A stretch of DNA of 64,000 nucleotides from Chloroflexota bacterium (GTDB lineage: Bacteria > Chloroflexota > UBA11872 > VXOZ01): assembly GCA_963662335.2 (NCBI GenBank), contig CAXXVD010000001.1, forward strand, positions 416,001 to 480,000, read 5' to 3'. Each line of letters begins with the position of its first letter. Positions within the stretch are counted from its first letter, which is position 1. Below, one piece after another: positions 9,310 to 17,030 of this stretch. The notes below the pieces were generated by a model. It made no database searches. It had not been told where the DNA came from and was given only the letters and a program-made list of their open reading frames with translations. The position numbers were made by a program, and so were the translations under genes.

Positions 9310-11263
9310 GTGCGCTTGGAGACCAACGTCATGGTCACTCCCACCGCCCAGACCAGCATCACCGTCAGTTGGGATACGGACACCGCGGTCGCCACCTACA
9401 AGTTGGAGCGCGCCATCGCCGTCACGCCCACGGCCACGCCCGCGTGGACGCAGGTTGCCGTCGTCACCCCAGCCCCGAGCTCCACGACCACAAGCTACCC
9501 GGACCCCAGCCGGAGTTGCGGCACGGCCTACCTCTACCGCGTCAGCGCCATCGGCGACGGCACAAACTACAGTAAGTTCGAATACGGCGACCCGTCACAA
9601 CCGGAACCGGCCAGCACCGACTACTACTGCACGCCGCAGGATCTCACCATCATCCCAATGCCGCAACGTAAAGCGGAGTTGTGTTGGGGCGCCGTGAATG
9701 GCGCGACGTACACAGTGCAGGTGCGCAAGCCGAGCGGGAATTGGCCAACGCCTATACCCGGCGGTACCGTACCTAATGAGCAAGACAAAGGAACGAGTAC
9801 CTCCTATGAGATCAAATTGGATGAGGTTTTCAACGCTGGCACAGTAGCGGCGCCGACCCCTGAAGGCCTCGCTCATGCCACGGCCTACCAACTCCGCGTG
9901 CGCGCAAAAGTGGCTGGCAAAGACTACTACAGCAAGACGATTACGCTCAGAGATAGTCCGATCGTCAGGGTGAACGGACACAGCCCAGGTACTGGTGCCA
10001 ATACCGGTAAGGCAGTCGTCACGTGGAAGCCGCCCAGCGGAGCTACGGCATACTACGTGCGCTGGCGGAAACTTGGGCGCGACAAAGACTCTAACCTCCA
10101 TACGAGTCCAAATTGGCAGTTGGACAGCAAGTCTCTCTCGGCAACTGCGTTTGATGGTACGCCCACACCCACGCCTCTGGCCGTTCCCTCTCCTTCACCC
10201 ATTCCCGCTGACCAAACTGTGGAACACGAGATCATGGGCCTCGAGCGCGGCACGCTCTACGCTATCCAACTGAACTTCCTCACCGACGACGGCTGGGTCT
10301 TCTCCGCTCGCGACGCCTACGTCTGGCCGTCAGGCGCCATACTAGCCCCGGGTAAGAAAGTGGCAGGCTATCCCACATTCGGTCACTTTGCGAGCAAGAC
10401 CTACAAGTATAGAATCTGCAAGAGCACATTTCCTTTGGGCGAGGAGGACGCTTGGGCTTTGCTCATTGAGGATGCGCTAATGCGGTGGCAGAAGGCAACC
10501 AATGGCTTCATAACCATGATGCCTGAACACTCGAGTACTCACACCCCGTCAAGTCCTCAGTATAAACCGTGTTCAAATCTCTCAGTCCCACTGTTTCTTG
10601 TCTCGGTGATGTTTAGCGCAAATCCAGACAATGCGCTGAGCGAGATACGTATGATAGATCCTCCAAATGATTTGGCAGGACTATCATCTATGCGCGAGAT
10701 GATTTTCGATCCTTACAAGCTGTGCATCTTACGCAGTGCAGCGTGTGTCACGTCTGTTTCCGGTTACACGACTTTACATAACCCCATCGTCGGTGGCGAG
10801 GTGCCAAGTGCGGACATCACTTTCAATCAGGATGCGGAAGGGGAAAATCGTAGCAACACCAACGACAGTTGAATTTGGTGCATGCATAGGCGATTCCGGA
10901 CCGGTTTACAACGACAACACAGGGAAATTCTATGTATATGCAACCACCGTTCATGAAGGCGGACACGCTCTAGGACTATCGGGCTGGTCGCCTATTGCCT
11001 CACTAAACACGGCACTTGTAGCAACAATTAGACTAATCTTGAAGGCATATAACCTCCTCCCGTACCCAGACATACCTGAAGAGATAGTTCTGGTTCTTAC
11101 AGACCCTAAAGCAATGAGGGAGTATTCGGCGGCGCATCCGCGCACTGTTGACTCTGTATTGAACTACGACAAATATGCGGGATTGCCCAAGGGTGAGCCA
11201 GATTGCGCACCACACCCGCTGGACATTATGGCGATTCACGCAATATACCAGTCGGTGCGATAG
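9310..11263 (+). pseudogene. FN3-like repeats + zinc metalloprotease, split by a +1 frameshift near 10840-10847 (ORFs 9310-10872 and 10736-11263)
   Basis: FN3-like motifs (TSITVSW, YLYRVSA, YTVQVR, YQLRVRA, YYVRWR). Homology to ORF 9-1067 switches frame at a GGGGAAAA run and continues to HEGGHALGL and EPDCAPHPLDIMAIHAIYQS. Confidence 0.75.
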
Positions 11264-11303
11264 TCAGCGCAGCGGCACTTTGAGGGCCCTCGGGAGATGG
11301 GCG

Positions 11304-13052
11304 ATGAAAAAGCACCTGAAACGGATTGCGGCTGACCGGATCCTCTTTGGCGCGTTACTGGTGAGCGCAATGCTTGCCTGTAGCGACAATGAATTCCTGT
11401 CACGTGAGGTTGAGATTAACGCGACTCACGTACAGTCAAGGCCGGTCTGGAACCCAGATGGGTCGCATATAATCTTCTCTCGGTATACGGGAGGCTACAT
11501 CGTTGACGGCCTATACATTGTTGACCGCGAAGCCACGCAATTGCGGACCATGATTTGGGACGCTTTCAATCCAAGCAATTTTTCACCTTCGCTTTCTCCG
11601 GATGGCTCGCAGGTGGCGTTCGTTTCAATGCTGGGAAACAATGCAGAGATTGTAGTGTCAGGAATGGATGGCTCTAGCGTGCGTCGACTTACTGACCAAG
11701 CTGTCGACGCTGAACACGACGGTATCGAGACGAACCCGGCGTGGTCCCCAGACGGCAGCCGCATTGCCTTTACTTCTAATCGAAGACTAACCGTCATGGC
11801 TCCGGATGGGACGAGTCTCCAGGCCCTCGTGCCCTCGGTTAAGTCACTGGGCTATCCACCGGTGTGGTCTCCCAACGGCAGTTGGGTTGCCTTTGTGGGC
11901 ATTTATGGAAGGTATGATGAGCAAGCTCGTTTTCCCCTATACGTGGTGAGGTCGGATGGATCCGGACTCAGGGAACTTGCGGACACGGTTAGCGTGCCGG
12001 CATGGTCACCAGACAGCAGCCAAATCGCCTTCTTCATACTGACTGAAGAAAGTGCGGTACTGTATACAATGGCCAGAGATGGCAGCGAGGCCAAGGCACT
12101 GTTGTCTATCGACAAGTCGAACCTCGAGGGTTCCCTCAGGTCTGCGAAATCCTATGGGGAAGTACTGTACAGTTCGCTTTCGTGGTCGCCGGACGGCACA
12201 GCGCTCCTCTTTGCGTCTGAACATGCCCAAGGACATGTTGTCAGCGCAAGGGATGGGAGCATACTTGCCGACATAGAGCGGGGCTGGGCAGAATGGTCGC
12301 CCGATGGTTCCCGCATTGCCGTCCATGACCTACCGCACAGAGACTTTGACTTTCACGCCTTTAGAGTCGTTCTGTATACCATGGCTCGAGATGGGTCGGA
12401 TAGACGAATACTTGTGCGTGGGACAGCCAAACATCTAGTTGCAGAAAACTCTGATTGGGAGGACATATCGACAGACATTGAGGCGTGCGCAAAACACCAC
12501 CCTCTGGCCCGGGGCATGGCAGAGGACTGCCGGACGCTGCTGAAACTACGTAATGCGTTGGCCGGGGAAGGGACCCTCTTAAATTGGAAAGGCGATGTCT
12601 ATCCGCCAACTTGGGAAGGAGTCTCGGTAGATGGTACGCCAATGCGTGTCAGAAAGCTAGTGTTTTCGCCATCATTTCAGCCTACGTTGAGAGGCACCAT
12701 GCCGCCGGAGTTAGGCAATCTCAAGGAGTTAGAGATCTTGAACTTTGGCACGAACAGTCTTACGGGCAGCATTCCGGCAGAGTTAGGAAACCTTACCAAG
12801 CTGAAGTGGCTAATACTTGATGGAAATCATCTTACAGGAAGCATTCCACCCGAGTTGGGAAACCTTGCTAATCTGCAAGTTTTAGATCTCAGCAACAATG
12901 CGCTGAGTGGGAATATCCCACCAGAGTTAGGAAATCTAGAAGAATTGAAAGAGTTGTACCTCGACGGCAACAACCTGACTGGCTGTATACCGGCAGCCCT
13001 CTCTGTTCGCTTGATTAACTTCCGGACAGATGACTTAGACTACTGCGAGTGA
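11304..13052 (+). CDS. Lipoprotein: TolB/PD40 beta-propeller + ~5 LRRs (paralogue 4)
   Basis: Start ATG 11304 after GGGAG; MLAC lipobox; WSPDG repeats; LRRs; ends DLDYCE. Confidence 0.85.
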   Translation: MKKHLKRIAADRILFGALLVSAMLACSDNEFLSREVEINATHVQSRPVWNPDGSHIIFSRYTGGYIVDGLYIVDREATQLRTMIWDAFNPSNFSPSLSPDGSQVAFVSMLGNNAEIVVSGMDGSSVRRLTDQAVDAEHDGIETNPAWSPDGSRIAFTSNRRLTVMAPDGTSLQALVPSVKSLGYPPVWSPNGSWVAFVGIYGRYDEQARFPLYVVRSDGSGLRELADTVSVPAWSPDSSQIAFFILTEESAVLYTMARDGSEAKALLSIDKSNLEGSLRSAKSYGEVLYSSLSWSPDGTALLFASEHAQGHVVSARDGSILADIERGWAEWSPDGSRIAVHDLPHRDFDFHAFRVVLYTMARDGSDRRILVRGTAKHLVAENSDWEDISTDIEACAKHHPLARGMAEDCRTLLKLRNALAGEGTLLNWKGDVYPPTWEGVSVDGTPMRVRKLVFSPSFQPTLRGTMPPELGNLKELEILNFGTNSLTGSIPAELGNLTKLKWLILDGNHLTGSIPPELGNLANLQVLDLSNNALSGNIPPELGNLEELKELYLDGNNLTGCIPAALSVRLINFRTDDLDYCE

Positions 13053-13098
13053 CGGCTGGACGGTGAAATACAACCCACTGCATCAAGGCAGGCTTCAA

Positions 13099-13422
13099 AT
13101 GCTGCGTTCGGAAGTATTGCTAAAGGGCGTTTGTTTGCTTGGGCTGCTACTGCTGGGGTTCTTTGCTGGCTGCGGCAAGCGATCCTCTGACGACCTCGTT
13201 GATCGGGAAGGGATGCTGATCAGCACAATTCCCGTTGCGCTGGGCAACATCACCACGCTGCGGGAACTCTACCTGCTGGGCAACACGATCACGGGGGACG
13301 TGCCCGCCAGCCTCGCCGGCGTCGACGTCCGCACGGGCGCGTCGTCGGTCTGCACGTCGGTCTCCCCAACACCCACGCCGTTCCCCACGCCGACGCCGAC
13401 ACCCACGCCCGCCTCCGGCTGA
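13099..13422 (+). pseudogene. In-frame internal-deletion derivative of the 7080-9287 LRR lipoprotein (signal peptide fused to last LRR + PT tail)
   Basis: LLGLLLLGFFAGC signal matches the 7080 gene N-terminus and joins at ~13215 to its last ~68 codons. Confidence 0.75.
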
Positions 13423-13628
13423 GCCTCGGCCCGACGTGCTTCTCGTGCGCTTGGCGGTCAACGCCCGGGTTGGGGTGAGCACTCTTGTCAATCTGGACAG
13501 GCATGCCGCGAACCGGCCGGCCGCGCGCATTCCTCAAGTTGACAACGCTGCCGCCAGCGCCTATGTTCAAGTGCGAGTACAGGGCTTGGCCCCGGCAGAC
13601 TAAGTCCCCCTTTTAGAAAGAGCGCGCT

Positions 13629-14915
13629 ATGCCACGCATGACATTCACCGTCCGCGCCGGTAACCACGTCCGGCGGCACTGTCCGGTCTGGGTCAAGGCT
13701 GCGGGGCTCGACCCGGCCCGCGACTATGCGGTCGTTTCCCGTGAGAGCGGTGCGGCGCTGCCCGCGCAGGCGGTGGCTACGCCGGGCGGCGTCCGCTTGG
13801 CCTGGATTGTGCCCGCGCTGGTCGCCAATGCGTCGCAGACCTTTACGCTGGAAGAAGGCGGGAAGGGCAGCCGGATGGATTCCCGCTTTCGCGGGAATGA
13901 CGGTCCGGATTCCGGCCCGCGCGGGAGTGACGGCGTGGACGCCCGCCCGCGCGGGAATGGCGGCGTGGATTCCCGTTTTCACGGGAATGACGCTGGGGTG
14001 AGCGTGGCTGACGGCAGATACGGGTTGGACGTTATGCTCGACGGCGCGCTCTTCACCACCTATCACCACGCCGCCGCGCACAACAAGCTCTTCCTCTACC
14101 CGCTGATCGGCCCCACCGGCAAGGGCATGACGCGCGGCTATCCTATGGTGTCGGACATCCCCGGCGAGAAGCACGACCATCCGCACCACAAGTCGATTCA
14201 CGTGGCCCACGGCGACGTGAACGGCGTGGACCTCTGGAGCGAGTTGGACGACCACGGCTACCAGCGCCATGAATCTTTTCTGCCGGCCTTTGGGGTTGGC
14301 GATGCCTATGTGAGCGGGCCGGTCTGCGGTGCGTTTCGTTCGCGCAGCCTGTGGGTGAGCCGCGCCGAGCAGCCGGTGGTGACGGAGGAGAAACACGTGG
14401 TAGTCTACGCCCCGGCGCCGGACGCCCGCATCCTGGATGTTTCCGTGACCCTGCGCGCCACGGAAGGCCCGGTGCGCTTTGGCGATACCAAAGAGGGCGC
14501 GATGCTCTCGGTGCGCGTGGCCAGCAGCATGGACGCGGACGACGCCGGGCGCTACGAGAACGCCTACGGCGGCACGGGCGAGGATGAGTGCTTCGGCAAA
14601 CGCGCCCAGTGGCTGGACTACACCGGCCCGGTGGACGGCGCGACGGTGGGCCTGGCGGTCTTCGACCATCCCGCCAACTTCCGCGCCCCCACCTACTGGC
14701 ACGTGCGCGACTACGGCCTGGTGCACGCCAATCCCTTCGCCTGGCGCGAGTTTCTCGGCCACCCCGGCCTGGACGGCAGCTACGTCCTGCCCGAAAGCGC
14801 GCGCCTGCGCTGCAAATTCCGCGTCTACCTCCATACGGGCAATACGCAAGACGCCGGGGTGAAAGAGCGGTACCATGACTTTATCACCCCGCCGGCGGTG
14901 GAAGTATCCGAGTAG
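13629..14915 (+). CDS. PmoA-like/DUF6807-type beta-sandwich protein (not particulate methane monooxygenase)
   Basis: LYPLIGPTG..TRGYP..DHPHH, FGDTKEG, DHPANFRAPTYWHVRDYGL motifs. Confidence 0.7.
   Translation: MPRMTFTVRAGNHVRRHCPVWVKAAGLDPARDYAVVSRESGAALPAQAVATPGGVRLAWIVPALVANASQTFTLEEGGKGSRMDSRFRGNDGPDSGPRGSDGVDARPRGNGGVDSRFHGNDAGVSVADGRYGLDVMLDGALFTTYHHAAAHNKLFLYPLIGPTGKGMTRGYPMVSDIPGEKHDHPHHKSIHVAHGDVNGVDLWSELDDHGYQRHESFLPAFGVGDAYVSGPVCGAFRSRSLWVSRAEQPVVTEEKHVVVYAPAPDARILDVSVTLRATEGPVRFGDTKEGAMLSVRVASSMDADDAGRYENAYGGTGEDECFGKRAQWLDYTGPVDGATVGLAVFDHPANFRAPTYWHVRDYGLVHANPFAWREFLGHPGLDGSYVLPESARLRCKFRVYLHTGNTQDAGVKERYHDFITPPAVEVSE
13877..13996 (+). repeat. Four tandem 30-bp palindromic units (GGATTCCCGC-N4-GCGGGAATGAC type) in frame within the CDS
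   Basis: Period 30 nt; encodes DSRFRGNDGP DSGPRGSDGV DARPRGNGGV DSRFHGNDAG. Confidence 0.9.
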
Positions 14916-15168
14916 CACATCTTCTCGTGGTTGCAGCCCTACCTGTTGACAAGGCAGCCGCCGCACCTAGCACTCCCACGTGTGGCAACTGCGTTTGGCG
15001 ACTCTGTTACTTTGACCCTTACTGCGTGGTTGACTATGATGAAGCCTGTAGCATGTGCCGCTATGGCTGCATGGCTGCTAACCGGGTAATCGCTTTGACC
15101 GTACGGCGGCCCACTAAGCGAGTGGAGACATGACCTCAACCTTACCGGGACAGAAGCTACCTGATTGA

Positions 15169-15242
15169 CCGTCACTCCCGCGAACGTGGGAGTCCATCGG
15201 GTGCGCGGCAAAGATGGATTCCCGCGTTCGCGGGAATGACGG
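15169..15242. repeat. Palindromic repeat family A (GTCATTCCCGC-N4-GCGGGAATCC / GGATTCCCGC-N4-GCGGGAATGAC), paired copy
   Basis: Two inverted hairpins; other copies at 16992, 31805, 36338, 45665 and 51815. Confidence 0.85.
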
Positions 15243-15373
15243 AGGGCGACGTTTGACGAAATGACGGAGTGAATCGCGAGACACGCAACGTAGTTGCGGA
15301 GAAGTGAGCGCCGATTCCGTGGCAAGAGGTCAAGCATAAACGCGCGATAGTTTGAAAGCAGGACACAAGAGTA

Positions 15374-16498
15374 ATGGCCTTTGTCGATGAAGTGCGCGCA
15401 CTCTCATGCGCCCTTGTTGAGAAACTAGACTATCTCGCCACCGAAGAAGCCACCAAAGTAGCGCTTGTGCTGCCATTCATTCAACTCTTGGGCTACGATA
15501 CTCACAATCCGACCGAGGTCGTGCCGGAGTTTACGGCTGACGTGGGGGTCAAGAGAGACGAGAAGGTAGATTACGCGCTGCTGCAAGACAGCGAGCCCGT
15601 GGCGCTCTTCGAATGCAAGACTTACGGTACCGCCCTCAATGAGAAGCACGTATCTCAACTCATGGGTTACTTCTCCAACACGGACGCACGCTTTGGCGTC
15701 CTCACTGATGGCATCGTCTATCAGTTCTTCGCAGACCTTGTCAAGCCTAACCTAATGGACAGTGAGCCATTCTTTGAATTCAACATGCGGGACTATACCG
15801 AAGCGCAGGTCGAAGAACTAAGGCGTTTCACGAAGTCGGGTTTCCGTGTCGAAGCGAACATCGAAGCCGCGAGAAGACTGAAGTACACCACAGCGATTAA
15901 GCGGGTCCTTACTCAGGAGTTTGCAAATCCTTCAAAGGAGTTCGTGAAACTCATCGTGCGACAGGTATACGAGGGAAAGCTGGTCCAAAAGATTCAAGAG
16001 CAATTCGATCCTCTTGTGAGGCGGGAGTTGGCGCATTTCGTCGCAGAAGAGATACCCACGCCACAGCCAGTCCCGCCTGACGTGAAACCCGACCCACCAA
16101 AACCGCTTCCTCCACCTGTGCCCGGGGAATGGTGCCCTTTGTCAGCCCTGAATCCGGCTAAGGGAGACCCCAAGCCAACCGGCATACGGTTCCCGGATGG
16201 TTCTCACCGGCCCATCAAGAATTGGAGTGATCTGATGGTGGAAGTCGCCGGCTGGCTCATCCGAGAAGGGCACATGGATAGGCAGGCTTACAAAGTCAGG
16301 CGCAGCAATCGCAGCAAACACTTTCTAGTCGCCACTGAACCTATCCACGCGAGTGGCAAGCCGTTCAAGCGACCGCATCAAGTGGAATCGCTATACATTG
16401 AGGGGAACTACAGCGCGCCTAACCACGCTAAGAATACTCAATTCGTCATTAAGCACGTTGGCCAAGACCCGGCGGAGTTTTCGGTGCGTTTCGATTGA
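15374..16498 (+). CDS. Stand-alone type I restriction enzyme R N-terminal (HSDR_N-like) PD-(D/E)xK nuclease protein
   Basis: TEEATK..LPFIQLLGYD..P.EVVPEFTAD..KVDYAL..ECK..QL..YF..GVLTDG motifs; Pro-rich linker; separate C-terminal domain. Confidence 0.8.
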   Translation: MAFVDEVRALSCALVEKLDYLATEEATKVALVLPFIQLLGYDTHNPTEVVPEFTADVGVKRDEKVDYALLQDSEPVALFECKTYGTALNEKHVSQLMGYFSNTDARFGVLTDGIVYQFFADLVKPNLMDSEPFFEFNMRDYTEAQVEELRRFTKSGFRVEANIEAARRLKYTTAIKRVLTQEFANPSKEFVKLIVRQVYEGKLVQKIQEQFDPLVRRELAHFVAEEIPTPQPVPPDVKPDPPKPLPPPVPGEWCPLSALNPAKGDPKPTGIRFPDGSHRPIKNWSDLMVEVAGWLIREGHMDRQAYKVRRSNRSKHFLVATEPIHASGKPFKRPHQVESLYIEGNYSAPNHAKNTQFVIKHVGQDPAEFSVRFD

Positions 16499-16549
16499 CA
16501 GGCAAGGGCCATGTGGTGGCACGCACTATGCTAGCGCGGAAGAAAAACG

Positions 16550-16816
16550 ATGATGACTAGACCGACTGCCGTTGAGCCGCGCGAGGGATATCGGATTTGG
16601 CTGCGGTACGGGGATGGGACTGCCGGAGAGGTTGACCTATCTCATCTGGCGGGACGGGGCGTATTCAAGGCGTGGGAGGACCGCGCCTTCTTTGAGGCCG
16701 TTCACGTCGGTTCATGCGGAGAAATCGCCTGGGGTAAGGAAATTGACCTGTGTCCTGACGCGCTCTACATGCAGCTTACGGGCATGTCTGTTGCAGAGTT
16801 CTTGTCTGGCGGGTAA
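16550..16816 (+). CDS. DUF2442 family protein (putative antitoxin)
   Basis: YRIWLRYGDG..GEVDLSHL...F..W.D..FF..V...IAW..IDLCPDALY pattern. Confidence 0.75.
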   Translation: MMTRPTAVEPREGYRIWLRYGDGTAGEVDLSHLAGRGVFKAWEDRAFFEAVHVGSCGEIAWGKEIDLCPDALYMQLTGMSVAEFLSGG

Positions 16817-16877
16817 CGCCCGGCGGGAGTGGGGCGGCTAGGGGCTTCGGGCCGCGGACATCTATGCGCAGTTCCTT

Positions 16878-16904
16878 AGATTCCTCGCTGCGCTCGGAAT
16901 GACA
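16878..16904. repeat. Palindromic repeat family B half-unit (AGATTCCTCGCTGCGCTCGGAATGACA)
   Basis: Same sequence at 37931-37957 and inside the MITE copies. Confidence 0.8.
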
Positions 16905-17030
16905 GACGTTGTCAATTCGGACTTGCATAAGGCTTTTGAACAGGGCACTTCTACCCTTGGCCACTTAGAACCGGGCGCGAAACGGCAGACTGGATTCCGG
17001 CTTGCGCCGGAATGACGATGGAGACATCTC

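Noticed and set aside
10840-10847. Programmed -1 ribosomal frameshift at a GGGAAAA heptamer
   Set aside because: The shift needed to join the two ORFs is +1, not -1.
1-13460. Diversity-generating retroelement or integron as the diversifier of the array
   Set aside because: No reverse transcriptase or integrase in the window; differences between repeats are not adenine-specific; no attC-like structure recognised at the junctions.
13877-13996. Regularly spaced palindromic repeats as a CRISPR array
   Set aside because: Units abut with a 30-bp period and no unique spacers, lie inside a CDS, match a dispersed intergenic repeat, and no cas genes are present.
13629-14915. Methane monooxygenase gene pmoA
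   Set aside because: Soluble-looking protein without the multi-helix membrane pattern of true PmoA, and no pmoC or pmoB neighbours.
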